This document shows positions 15,448-24,404 of a DNA stretch of 50,037 nt, piece by piece (the first letter of the stretch is position 1; every line of letters begins with the position of its first letter). Below the pieces are notes generated by a model that saw only the letters and a program-made list of their open reading frames with translations, was not told where the DNA came from and ran no database searches. Made by a program: the position numbers and the translations under genes. Source of the DNA: a virus; IMG/VR virus record IMGVR_UViG_3300020559_000006, one strand, 5' to 3'.

Positions 15448-17712
15448 TTAAAATTCCATTGCAAAAACAGAGGCATATCGAGAAGTGAAAGTCGCATTCC
15501 AGTTATATTTATTCAGGTTTATCGGACTAGAAGCAACCCAACGCGATGACCTGCCGTTAATGTCAACTGCCGCGACTCTGACGTAATATTTCCCAGCCGA
15601 TATGTTTGTAAATTGTGTTGAGGCACTTGTTTCAAATCTGGTATTCCCCCACAAACCATCGTCGCCAAGGCGTAATTCAATTGTGTAGCCTGTGATATAT
15701 GGATCACGCTTACTATTTAGCAATGGAAAATCCCATACTGCATTGAGATCAAACAGGTCAATTGTTCGGTAGCTAAAGGTGATATTTCTAGGAACTGACA
15801 CAACGACGGGAGGATTACGCCGCTCTGGCAACGGCTCAAGACTCCAGCCATTTTCAATTCGAGAATATTTGGCGGGATTGTACTCGATGGCCGTAATTTC
15901 GTGAAACATTTCCATGCTGCCAGCACTTGGAACACGATTCAAAACCCGGAATAACTGCGGCTGTACCGTAGATGACGCGAGAATCCAGTTTGACTCCGGG
16001 GGTGGTGCTGATGATAGGGCTAAATTTAAAGTGAGGATTATCGCGGCTGTTCCTGGCGAGTTGGTAACGACTCTTTCGTGAACCGTGCCATCAGCAAGCA
16101 TTACCGTGAGGGTGTAAGTTTCATCCTCTAGAATTTCCACAGGATTATCAAGAGTGATTGCTGTTGTAGTGGCCGCCGCGATCAGCCCGCCATACCGGAT
16201 ATCAGCCCTTTTTGAGTCCATGATCCTGATAATATCGCCGGGCTTTGTATAAGTCCCGTATGCCCTGCTTTTAAAAGTTACGGTTTCCTGCTCCAGTCTG
16301 TCAGTTAGCAGCGTGGCATACCCAGCCCGTCGCGCTTGTCCTCTTGACGTGCAAGCAAAAGCAGATAGCTCAATTTCCCTTACGCCATATTTAGCAATTC
16401 CATCAGGATCGTCAATTGCTTCTACGGATTGACGGTAGAAGTCGTCAGGATTTGCCCAAGTTACTAATGCTATAGTGTGTCTGGTTTTCAGCCCTGTGCG
16501 AGTGTACGAAAACATCCCCTCTTCAATATCAGATTGGGTAAATTGTGCCACTGGTGATCCGGGTTTGTCTGCCACAAATCCGATTGCTCCAGACATCCAG
16601 TAGGAGAAGCCACGAAATATTGATAGAAACTGCTGAATTACTTTGTACGCCTCGTCTTTGCCCTCTAGCAATAAATGGCATTGAAACCTATGCTCTGTGC
16701 CGCCATAGCCATTAGGGACGTACTCATTGCAGTATTGGCTAATTTCGTATAATGCCCATTTATCAATTTGGGACTGATTGATAAATCTACCAAGTCCGTA
16801 GCGAGTATTGGTGATTAAGTCATATAAAATCCACGCCGGATCTGCCACTGCTACCGATGGCGTAGTAAAAGTCCCATTCCAAGTTCCGCTAAATGTTAGC
16901 CCCCTTGTAGCGGTAGGGGTGGCATTGCTGGGAATTTGAATTTTCCGCCCTGCTAACTTCAGGGATATTTGGGGCAATGATTGGAACTGAGCCGCCTTAA
17001 AACTAAACCCAAATAATGCGCTGTTGGGATATGCAAGTTTAACTTCAGTTGCTTGTGTGTAGGATTGCCACCTTAAAACCCGTTGATACCGTGTTTCGTC
17101 TGCGTCCTGCGGCGTAGTTCGTTCTACGCGGACGCTGAAGCTTGAAACCGTGCCACCGGTGTTATTAACTGCAAAGGCGTATTCAAATTCTGTTATCGTG
17201 GCAAAGCGTCCGCCTATATTGCCTTCATAAACGAGAACAAACGCACCCGCACCCTGTTTAATAAAAATCTTAAACCCTACATTTAACCCCAGCACGCCCC
17301 CATCTGGCGGATATTCCTGTAGGACCACACCCAATCGAACACGAATAATATCTAGATTGGCGTTGGTAATTGTGCGGGTAACTGGGAGTAGGTTTTTCAC
17401 TTCAGAACTAACGCTAGTTTCTGAGGTTATTTCATCCCCAAAACCAGGCATCCTGCTTTGCCCTTGAGTTCCGAGCCTGTAATCCCATGTAAATCCGTCG
17501 AAGTTCAGAGAGCCGTCGGTATTTTGAATAGGAGTTTCATCAAGGTAGACAGATTTTAGCCCAGCTATTGGTCCTTCTATTTCTCCCTCTGACACAATCC
17601 CTAAAACTGATGCGATTGAAACGGAAGTTCCTGATACTGCGGTTTCTGGCGGTTTTGCGGGCTTGCCACCACCACTACCGCCAAATCCTTTAAATTCTTG
17701 TTTTTTTGGCAT
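15448..17712 (-). CDS. Lambda J-like tail tip / host specificity protein
   Basis: Extensive colinear similarity to lambda gpJ as I recall it (SEGEIEGPIAGLKSVYLDETP, YPNSALFGF, WALYEISQYCNEYVPNGYGGTEHRF, ACTSRGQARRAGY). Start taken at ATG 17712 (MPKKQEF). Confidence 0.9.
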   Translation of the reverse strand: MPKKQEFKGFGGSGGGKPAKPPETAVSGTSVSIASVLGIVSEGEIEGPIAGLKSVYLDETPIQNTDGSLNFDGFTWDYRLGTQGQSRMPGFGDEITSETSVSSEVKNLLPVTRTITNANLDIIRVRLGVVLQEYPPDGGVLGLNVGFKIFIKQGAGAFVLVYEGNIGGRFATITEFEYAFAVNNTGGTVSSFSVRVERTTPQDADETRYQRVLRWQSYTQATEVKLAYPNSALFGFSFKAAQFQSLPQISLKLAGRKIQIPSNATPTATRGLTFSGTWNGTFTTPSVAVADPAWILYDLITNTRYGLGRFINQSQIDKWALYEISQYCNEYVPNGYGGTEHRFQCHLLLEGKDEAYKVIQQFLSIFRGFSYWMSGAIGFVADKPGSPVAQFTQSDIEEGMFSYTRTGLKTRHTIALVTWANPDDFYRQSVEAIDDPDGIAKYGVREIELSAFACTSRGQARRAGYATLLTDRLEQETVTFKSRAYGTYTKPGDIIRIMDSKRADIRYGGLIAAATTTAITLDNPVEILEDETYTLTVMLADGTVHERVVTNSPGTAAIILTLNLALSSAPPPESNWILASSTVQPQLFRVLNRVPSAGSMEMFHEITAIEYNPAKYSRIENGWSLEPLPERRNPPVVVSVPRNITFSYRTIDLFDLNAVWDFPLLNSKRDPYITGYTIELRLGDDGLWGNTRFETSASTQFTNISAGKYYVRVAAVDINGRSSRWVASSPINLNKYNWNATFTSRYASVFAMEF

Positions 17713-17740
17713 AATCTCAGATAACAAAATCTGAGATTAT
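17711..17740 (-). promoter_or_regulatory. 12-bp stem hairpin that contains the J start codon
   Basis: ATAATCTCAGAT-AACAAA-ATCTGAGATTAT. On the minus-sense RNA the AUG lies in the 3' arm. Confidence 0.35.
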
Positions 17741-17786
17741 ATTTGCCTGTACAAGCCTTTATAATTCAGGAACCAGTAGCATTCAC

Positions 17787-17990
17787 TCATGATTTTTGTT
17801 TCTCAAATACGTAATGCCAATCAAGCCAAAACTTGAAGCAAGCAAACTGAATTATCAAGTTGCCGTAGCTCCAATTGATATAGACCAACCGCCAGTCTAG
17901 CAATGTTAACTGGAATTTTATCTCAATCCCGTCAATTGTCGCGCCGTTGTATTTGCCTTTCGGCAAGATGGCTTTAAGTTGATTTAACAT
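17787..17990 (-). CDS. Hypothetical small ORF
   Basis: 67-aa ORF in the 430-bp divergent spacer; no support beyond being open. Confidence 0.2.
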   Translation of the reverse strand: MLNQLKAILPKGKYNGATIDGIEIKFQLTLLDWRLVYINWSYGNLIIQFACFKFWLDWHYVFEKQKS

Positions 17991-18157
17991 TCTAACGCTG
18001 CGTAAAGTTATGCAAATGGTTTTTCCTTATGGTGAATCATCAGTGGTATTAATTTCTTCTGATTTTTTCGCATTCTCTAGTGATAAAGAAGGGGCGATTA
18101 AAGCATTAGAAACAGCGATCGCACAAAACCAATTACTACCAAATCAAGAGGGATAAC

Positions 18158-19006
18158 ATGAACGCAGAACAACTCAAGATCATTGCAGAAAATTCACCCC
18201 GTAAAGCCGCGGCAATTCTAGGTGTTCACATCAGAGAGGTCCGATATCACAAGCAAAGAATGGAGGGGAAGAGTGTAAAACAGCCAAAAGAACCCAAAAC
18301 AAACCACAAGAAATGGACCCAAGAAGAGGACAATTATTTATTAACTTTCGGGAATGGCTCAACTTATCCAGAGTTGCAGGAAGCGCTTAAAGCGTCTCGG
18401 ACCCAAATAGACCATAGGTGCAAAATTCTTGGCGTTTCTCCAAAGAAACTAAAACATCACAAAACCCTCGCAGAAGAGGAAAAAGAGGTTTGTTTGCAAG
18501 GGTATCCTCATCAAGCAGCGGAAAAGCTGGGAGTTTCCATCTCAACTGCTAGACGACGTAGAAGAGAGCTACTGAAAATGGATTATCGGCATTTTGACGC
18601 ACGGACTTCAGTGCCATTACCGCCATCTACACCAACTAAATCGCTGATAAATTTTGTTAGTTTGAATGATGCTAAACAACCCGTAGAACCAACATGGACT
18701 CCTGATAACGACAGGCTTTTAATTAAGCAAATTAGCAATAATTCCATTGATAAAGTCGCTGAATTATTTGGACAACCTAAAGAGCAAATCGAGGAAAGAT
18801 TACACCATGTTTTGAAGGAAGAAAAAAACAAGATTGGGATTAATGAAATTTTGTCACAATTTCAAATGACCACCGGACAAATTCACCAGATGAAACTTAT
18901 TTATTCCTACAGCCCTAAATCGGCTGTGAGATATTGCGAAGTAATCAGAGAATATGCAAAGAACAAAACCGCATATTCGCCAGCAAGAATTAGGAATGAC
19001 AGATGA
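18158..19006 (+). CDS. DNA-binding protein with Myb/SANT-like repeats
   Basis: WTQEEDNYLL...SRTQIDHRCKILG and WTPDNDRLLIKQ...; also two HTH-like AAxxLGVxI segments. Confidence 0.4.
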   Translation: MNAEQLKIIAENSPRKAAAILGVHIREVRYHKQRMEGKSVKQPKEPKTNHKKWTQEEDNYLLTFGNGSTYPELQEALKASRTQIDHRCKILGVSPKKLKHHKTLAEEEKEVCLQGYPHQAAEKLGVSISTARRRRRELLKMDYRHFDARTSVPLPPSTPTKSLINFVSLNDAKQPVEPTWTPDNDRLLIKQISNNSIDKVAELFGQPKEQIEERLHHVLKEEKNKIGINEILSQFQMTTGQIHQMKLIYSYSPKSAVRYCEVIREYAKNKTAYSPARIRNDR

Positions 19007-19683
19007 ACCAATTAACTTTAGATTTTCCCGTACCAGAATCCACAAAACCAACTATGGAGCGCCATGATTTTGATAGATACGACAGCCCTCACTGGTTCAT
19101 CACTCATTTACCCAATTACATCAAGCTAGAGGGCATAGTTGGCGAACCATGCAAAGGCAGTGGGAATATATCTAAATTGCTTGGATTTATTAAGCACGTA
19201 AATCATGTATGGACTAACGATATAGATCCTAGTGTTGTTTCTGATTATCATCTTGATGCGGCTGATCCAAAATCATGGGAACAACTACCATATACGGATT
19301 GGATTGTCACTAATCCGCCATTCAATGCAGCATTACCAATTCTCAAAAACAGCCTAAATCATGCGCGGTTGGGCGTGGTTTTCTTCCTGAGATTATCCTT
19401 TGTCGAACCAACAGAAGAACGCGGACAATGGCTATTTGAGAACCCCCGTAACTTGGATTTAATTTACCCAAGATTTAAGTTTAGAAAGGATAAGAACAAC
19501 GAACGGTGGCAGACGGATTCAGTGCCAATAATTGCTATGATTTGGCATAAAGATACGAGCGAAACAAGAGGATCTATCACTATCCCTCAATCGCATATCT
19601 TGGGGTTTCATAATAACCCTGAGAACGCGCCAAGTTTTGATAGGCAAGTGGAGATTTTGCAACAAGTTCAAGCAAATAATTAG
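19003..19683 (+). CDS. N6-adenine DNA methyltransferase (orphan)
   Basis: AdoMet motif EPCKGSGNIS and catalytic TNPPF. ATGA overlap with the upstream gene. No restriction partner seen. Confidence 0.75.
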   Translation: MNQLTLDFPVPESTKPTMERHDFDRYDSPHWFITHLPNYIKLEGIVGEPCKGSGNISKLLGFIKHVNHVWTNDIDPSVVSDYHLDAADPKSWEQLPYTDWIVTNPPFNAALPILKNSLNHARLGVVFFLRLSFVEPTEERGQWLFENPRNLDLIYPRFKFRKDKNNERWQTDSVPIIAMIWHKDTSETRGSITIPQSHILGFHNNPENAPSFDRQVEILQQVQANN

Positions 19684-19696
19684 GAGAAAAATAATC

Positions 19697-20143
19697 ATGG
19701 ATACATTACTAATTTCATTGCACCCGCGTCACAGTCAAAATATTGTATTAGGCAAGAAAACAATTGAGTTGAGGAAAACAAAACCAAGAATGAGAAAATC
19801 AGAAAGTCGTTTAGTCCAGAAGAAATCATTAGCATTTCGGAATATTCTCATTTACAAAACTACTCCTACTTCGGAAATTAAATTATATTGTCAGGCATGG
19901 GATTGTGGCGCATTATTAGCATCCGAATGGACTAAACACTCAACTGATTTATGCCTTTCTGCTGAAGAAATTGAGAATTATTTAGGATCTCGCATGGGTT
20001 ACGGAATTAGAATTAGAAACCCTCGACAAATTACGCCTATCCCACTATCAAAAATGCGTGAGTTGGGTATAGCTCCACCACAAGGTTTCTGTTATTTAAA
20101 TAATGAAATGATTGAAAGATTAGGGATTAAATTTAATGATTGA
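19697..20143 (+). CDS. ASCH-domain-like protein
   Basis: MDTLLISLHPRHSQNIVLGKKTIELRK pattern. AGGAG SD at 19682-19686. Confidence 0.55.
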   Translation: MDTLLISLHPRHSQNIVLGKKTIELRKTKPRMRKSESRLVQKKSLAFRNILIYKTTPTSEIKLYCQAWDCGALLASEWTKHSTDLCLSAEEIENYLGSRMGYGIRIRNPRQITPIPLSKMRELGIAPPQGFCYLNNEMIERLGIKFND

Positions 20144-20242
20144 TGACTTAATCCCCTGGAATCCCGCCCATTTCGGACATACAGACTTTCAAAAAGAAGC
20201 CGATGGTAACAGGGGCTTTTTATTGGCAAATATAAAAATAAA

Positions 20243-20920
20243 ATGCCAATTATCAGTAATCTTCTATCACTCAACCCCGACTCACCCATAGAACTGTTTG
20301 AAGTCAGCGGTTATAACCTAGCTACACCATCAGAAACTCTTTACATCTGCAACTATACCGGGGTGTCCTTTGAGGGTCAAGAATATGCCGCTATTGGTTT
20401 TGAGTCTGAAGGCTTTGATTTAGTTGGACAAGGTCCAATTCCCACGCCGCAACTCATAGTTTCAAATATTGGGCGTGTCGTCTCTACTTGGCTGGCTGAG
20501 TGCAAAACTAACCCGAACTACCGACTAGAAGGAACAACAGTAAAACGGCGAATTACCCAACGGCAATTCTTAGATGGTGGTGAGAATGAAAATGCGGCGA
20601 TCAAAGAACTTCCCCAGCAAATATTTGTAATTGAACAGATGGTCAGCGAAACCTATATTGCTGTTCAGTTCCGACTCGGATCGTCATTCGATGTCGAGGG
20701 TGTGACTTTGCCAGCCCGTCCGTTACTGCGGTCATGCTCATGGCGATATCGTTCCGCTGAGTGTGGATACTTGGGCGGTGGCTACACCCTCAACAATGCT
20801 CCTACCTCCAACGCTGCGTTAGACCAGTGTGCCAAAACATTGACAGCCTGTAAGGTGCGGTTTGGGGCTGCGGTGGATCTGCCGTTTGGTGGTGCACCGG
20901 GGTTAAATACTTATAGCTAA
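20243..20920 (+). CDS. Lambda L-like minor tail protein
   Basis: PIELFEV..., PTPQLIVSN, and the Cys cluster CSWRYRSAECGY...CAKTLTACKVRF match lambda gpL as I recall it. Confidence 0.85.
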   Translation: MPIISNLLSLNPDSPIELFEVSGYNLATPSETLYICNYTGVSFEGQEYAAIGFESEGFDLVGQGPIPTPQLIVSNIGRVVSTWLAECKTNPNYRLEGTTVKRRITQRQFLDGGENENAAIKELPQQIFVIEQMVSETYIAVQFRLGSSFDVEGVTLPARPLLRSCSWRYRSAECGYLGGGYTLNNAPTSNAALDQCAKTLTACKVRFGAAVDLPFGGAPGLNTYS

Positions 20921-20978
20921 TACTTATGTTGATATTGACGGTTTCCAGCCTGTGTGTTTTTGCGGACACAGAACAAGA

Positions 20979-21392
20979 TCAAACATAATTATTCAAAATT
21001 TCTAATTCACTTAACCGGAAGGTGGCCACAAGATTATCAGTTTCACTAAACGGCGATATTGACTCCCTACGACGGGGGAAATATTGCCGCATTTTGTCTA
21101 TGGCACTATTGAATTTAGAATATTCTGCGAGGGTTCTATCTCCTATTGTTTTAACAGAAACCACCCACTCATACCGCTGTTCTTGCTGACTATTCAGCAT
21201 TAGCGACGACGACGAAACATTTTTAAATCTACCAATACTTACTTCCAGTCCACCTGTAACCGCGCCTTTTGGGGCTGATGGTGGTTCTACCCAAACAGCA
21301 GGTTGTCCGTTACCAAAAGTACCAAGTTCCTGCGCTAGTAAATCAACAATTGCGGCTCTAAGCTCTGGTACAGTGTGGATGTTTTTAATCAT
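20979..21392 (-). CDS. Possible tail terminator/completion protein
   Basis: 137 aa. Call rests on size and N-terminal pattern only. Confidence 0.3.
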   Translation of the reverse strand: MIKNIHTVPELRAAIVDLLAQELGTFGNGQPAVWVEPPSAPKGAVTGGLEVSIGRFKNVSSSSLMLNSQQEQRYEWVVSVKTIGDRTLAEYSKFNSAIDKMRQYFPRRRESISPFSETDNLVATFRLSELEILNNYV

Positions 21393-21712
21393 GATAATTT
21401 CATGGATTGCGACGCTTTCAATGTTCCACTACTAACAGGAACTTCATCTAAAAACCGTTGATTCAAATAATGTGCGGTTTGGATAAATGCCATATCTAAA
21501 GTAGTTTGGTAGTTACTTTTAAAAACTGCGGGTAAATTACTACCAGCTAACGCCCGATCAGTCCATCGGTTTCCTTGTCTCTCATGCAAGTCATAGGCGT
21601 AGGGTGCTGACCATTGCCAATCGGCAATGGTTACGGTTAATCGTGGTGGTGTCCAGCTTCTCCAGATTGGCATTTTATTTTTATTTTTCCCATATCCCTC
21701 GACAATAAGCAT
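21389..21712 (-). CDS. Possible head-tail joining protein
   Basis: 107 aa. ATGA overlap with the next gene. Confidence 0.3.
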   Translation of the reverse strand: MLIVEGYGKNKNKMPIWRSWTPPRLTVTIADWQWSAPYAYDLHERQGNRWTDRALAGSNLPAVFKSNYQTTLDMAFIQTAHYLNQRFLDEVPVSSGTLKASQSMKLS

Positions 21713-21714
21713 AT

Positions 21715-21737
21715 AACCCTCTATTTTGAGGGTTTTT
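21715..21737 (+). terminator. Hairpin AACCCTC-TATTTT-GAGGGTT+TTT belonging to the repeated terminator-promoter unit
   Basis: Identical unit on the minus strand at 31331-31354. Here no plus-strand gene lies upstream. Confidence 0.5.
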
Positions 21738-21738
21738 A

Positions 21739-21819
21739 GTCATCAAAAAAATATTTTAAAAATTTTTCCAAAACCCCTTGACAAATATTTGTTATCCTGT
21801 TACTATATAAGAGTGAGAG
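21739..21819 (+). promoter_or_regulatory. Early promoter P1 (TTGACA-17-TACTAT) with palindrome ACAAATATTTGT
   Basis: -35 at 21778-21783, -10 at 21801-21806, palindrome at 21781-21792, A/T-rich upstream element. About 80 nt nearly identical to P2-P5. Confidence 0.8.
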
Positions 21820-21842
21820 AAAAAACAACAGGAGAAAGAACA

Positions 21843-22265
21843 ATGCTTGAATTAACAAATCAGAATCAGAGAATTATAGCTGGTTGCCTTGGAAATGGGG
21901 TCACTTTTGGGGATGTGCTTAATGATCAAACTGTGGCTCATGTTTCCTTTGAGGGGCAAATAACATGGCATTCTGATTACAAAAAAAAGATCGCAGAAGC
22001 TACTAAAAAACACATTCAAGAAACATCACTAGAATATCAAAAACAAGCCATGATCCCTCTTGATGCCATTATCAGCCCTAGAGATCACAAGTTTATGGCC
22101 ACTTACCTATATAAAAATTCTCAAGGTCAATACAAACATTTAGCAGATATCTACTACCCCAAAGGCAAGGACAAAGGGGGAGTTTATCTCAAAGTGTGGG
22201 AAGGCATTGTGCCACCTGAAATACTGGAAGAAATGAACCAGCTTTATAAATCCAATGGAGGATAA
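21843..22265 (+). CDS. Early protein, unknown function (140 aa)
   Basis: ATG 21843 after GGAGAAAG. The track start at 21726 lies upstream of the promoter. Confidence 0.7.
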   Translation: MLELTNQNQRIIAGCLGNGVTFGDVLNDQTVAHVSFEGQITWHSDYKKKIAEATKKHIQETSLEYQKQAMIPLDAIISPRDHKFMATYLYKNSQGQYKHLADIYYPKGKDKGGVYLKVWEGIVPPEILEEMNQLYKSNGG

Positions 22266-22302
22266 AACCCAGCCCCCAAAAGGGGCATTTTATATCACGA
22301 TA

Positions 22303-22327
22303 AAACCCTCAACTTTGAGGGTTTTTT
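22303..22327 (+). terminator. Rho-independent terminator
   Basis: AACCCTCAA..TTGAGGGTT followed by TTTTT. Confidence 0.75.
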
Positions 22328-22385
22328 ATTGTTTAAAATTCGTGGCAGTCTGAGAAATTTTACTAACTTAATTCACGGTAAACTG

Positions 22386-22463
22386 TCACTTTTTAACTTT
22401 AAAAAAACTTTCCAAAACCCCTTGACAAATATTTGTTATCCTGTTACTATATAAGAGTGAGAG
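22386..22463 (+). promoter_or_regulatory. Early promoter P2
   Basis: -35 at 22422-22427, -10 at 22445-22450; same palindrome. Confidence 0.8.
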
Positions 22464-22483
22464 TTCAATAAAAGGTAAAAACA

Positions 22484-22780
22484 ATGATTGATGTCTACTA
22501 CAGTTGTCTTCTGGATGAAGAAAACTGCCCAGAAATCACTACAGCATCAAGAAAAAGGGCTTTAGAATTAGCTCAACAAAAAACTAGTAACCCTGTATCA
22601 GTAGCAGAATTTGAAAAGGGGGAATATCTGTTATTTTATGAGAAAATTTCAGTTGATGAGACATTGCCTGAGAACAGGGGATATACTATAGAAGCCATTA
22701 TCAATGACTTAACTCCTCAATGTAGTGATGCAGAATATTCCTCTCATAGAAAAGTTAAAGTTACCTCCCAAGAGTGCTAA
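22484..22780 (+). CDS. Early acidic protein, unknown function (98 aa)
   Basis: ORF between P2 and a terminator; Glu/Asp-rich. Confidence 0.7.
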   Translation: MIDVYYSCLLDEENCPEITTASRKRALELAQQKTSNPVSVAEFEKGEYLLFYEKISVDETLPENRGYTIEAIINDLTPQCSDAEYSSHRKVKVTSQEC

Positions 22781-22807
22781 GACTGAAATATTTGTCCTAT
22801 TCTTAGT

Positions 22808-22836
22808 AACCCAGTGCATAAAACACTGGGTTTTTT
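22808..22836 (+). terminator. Rho-independent terminator
   Basis: AACCCAGTG-CATAAAA-CACTGGGTT followed by TTTT. Confidence 0.8.
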
Positions 22837-22847
22837 CATGTTGCCTA

Positions 22848-22928
22848 AGTCATCAAAAAATATTTTAAAAATTTTTCCAAAACCCCTTGACAAATATTTG
22901 TTATCCTGATACTATATAAGAGTGAGAG
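22848..22928 (+). promoter_or_regulatory. Early promoter P3
   Basis: -35 at 22887-22892, -10 at 22910-22915; same palindrome. Confidence 0.8.
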
Positions 22929-22952
22929 AAAAAAACAACAGGAGACAAAATA

Positions 22953-23216
22953 ATGTTTGTTACATTTGAAACCATAGAATCTAAACAAATCACAATTGAC
23001 ATCACTGGAGTAAGTGGCTGGGATAATGAGCAATTAACAAGATATGCCTGTGAACAATTGAATACAGACTACACAGATTATCAAGATAGAAGAAGTAGAA
23101 AACTGAAAAAAGGGGCAGTAGTAACTCCAATAAATTGGAGGCCTCTAAAAGTCTCTTGCAGACAAAAAATGCTTACCATAAAAAGACCACCTAGGAAATA
23201 TTCAGTAGTTTTCTAA
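22953..23216 (+). CDS. Early protein, unknown function (87 aa)
   Basis: ORF between P3 and a terminator. Confidence 0.7.
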   Translation: MFVTFETIESKQITIDITGVSGWDNEQLTRYACEQLNTDYTDYQDRRSRKLKKGAVVTPINWRPLKVSCRQKMLTIKRPPRKYSVVF

Positions 23217-23234
23217 ACATAAAACCTAAGCATA

Positions 23235-23270
23235 ATACCCTGGATTAGTGATAGTCCAGGGTATTTTTTT
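23235..23270 (+). terminator. Rho-independent terminator
   Basis: ATACCCTGGA-10 nt-TCCAGGGTAT followed by TTTTTT. Confidence 0.8.
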
Positions 23271-23350
23271 AGTCAAAAAAATATTTTAAAAAAACTTTCC
23301 AAAACCCCTTGACAAATATTTGTTATCCTGATACTATATAAGAGTGAGAG
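23271..23350 (+). promoter_or_regulatory. Early promoter P4
   Basis: -35 at 23309-23314, -10 at 23332-23337; same palindrome. Confidence 0.8.
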
Positions 23351-23369
23351 AAAAAACAGGAAACAAAAA

Positions 23370-24344
23370 ATGAGAGTAGCAGAAATTAACACCACAGAAC
23401 TAAATTTAGACCCCAAAAGATTTCAATACAAACTAGTCCACAATTCAACAGGTGCTACTGGTTCATTATCAGGAATTGACTCCTGGAATATCTATTTGTC
23501 AGGAATTGTATTGGTGTGGGAAGATTTTGGAGACATTTATGTGGTCAATGGTCACAACAGAGTAACCCTGGCCAAAAAGCTGGGGGTTCAAAAAGTTCTC
23601 TGTAGGTTCATTGATGCCTCTACTCATGTAGAAGCTAGGCTAGTAGGTGCACTGGCCAACATTGCAGAGGGTATGGGAACTGCCATTGATGCAGCCAAGT
23701 TTTTTAGAGACTCATCATATACCGTAAAAGACGTAAAAAACTTTGGCATTAATCCCAGGTTAAAAATAGTGCAAGATGGGTTAAGCCTGTCCAATCTGGT
23801 TAGTTTCCTGTTTGATAAGGTTATTACTGGCACTATTCCCATTGATAAGGGTGTGATTTTGGGTAGTGTAGGGACCAGAGAACAGTTGGAAGTCTGGGAA
23901 TTGATTAAGGATAAGCAGGTTAGCACCCCTGCATTGGATGAAATTATCGCAAATATCCTTAACCCTGCAACTGGGCAAATGTCCCTGCTTAACCTCTACA
24001 TAGACAGTGATGATGAGCTAATAAGACTAGAGTTAATTGCCCTGGTAAGGGTCAAGCTACAAAGATCCAAAAAACTATTACACTTAGTCTCAGATAACTC
24101 TCAATTCCTAGAGTCAATAGGAAACAACTTAAATCACACTGGCAACACATCAACTGGTGAGTTAACTCACTATGTGCTACAAATTTTTGACCAGTTAAAA
24201 AATCAGAGTGGACCAGTAAGTGACATTCTCAGTAAAGGTGTCAATGCTATAAAATCAGGTCAATCAATGCCTGATGTGATAACTGTTTGTGTTAATGAAC
24301 TAATCACAGTTATTCCTAGAATGATCAACCAAAAAGTTGCTTAA
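23370..24344 (+). CDS. ParB/Srx-like N-terminal domain protein
   Basis: IYVVNGHNRVTLAKKLGVQKV resembles the ParB box (DGHHR...A..LG). Confidence 0.55.
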   Translation: MRVAEINTTELNLDPKRFQYKLVHNSTGATGSLSGIDSWNIYLSGIVLVWEDFGDIYVVNGHNRVTLAKKLGVQKVLCRFIDASTHVEARLVGALANIAEGMGTAIDAAKFFRDSSYTVKDVKNFGINPRLKIVQDGLSLSNLVSFLFDKVITGTIPIDKGVILGSVGTREQLEVWELIKDKQVSTPALDEIIANILNPATGQMSLLNLYIDSDDELIRLELIALVRVKLQRSKKLLHLVSDNSQFLESIGNNLNHTGNTSTGELTHYVLQIFDQLKNQSGPVSDILSKGVNAIKSGQSMPDVITVCVNELITVIPRMINQKVA

Positions 24345-24358
24345 CCAAAGGTTTAACC

Positions 24359-24392
24359 AGTTGACTACTTGTTACAAGTGGTCAACTTTTTT
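24359..24392 (+). terminator. Rho-independent terminator
   Basis: 13-bp stem (one G:T) followed by TTTTTT. Confidence 0.75.
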
Positions 24393-24404
24393 GTATGAGA
24401 TAAA

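Noticed and set aside
12193-15935. Short ORFs overlapping structural genes (12193..12468, 12374..12577, 13049..13252, 15152..15451, 15519..15707, 15717..15935)
   Set aside because: They are nested in or antisense to longer ORFs with structural-protein character, and have no start signals.
18010-18156. 48-aa plus-strand ORF just upstream of 18158
   Set aside because: It is open and ends at the SD of the next gene, but has no RBS of its own and no recognisable features. Not enough support to call.
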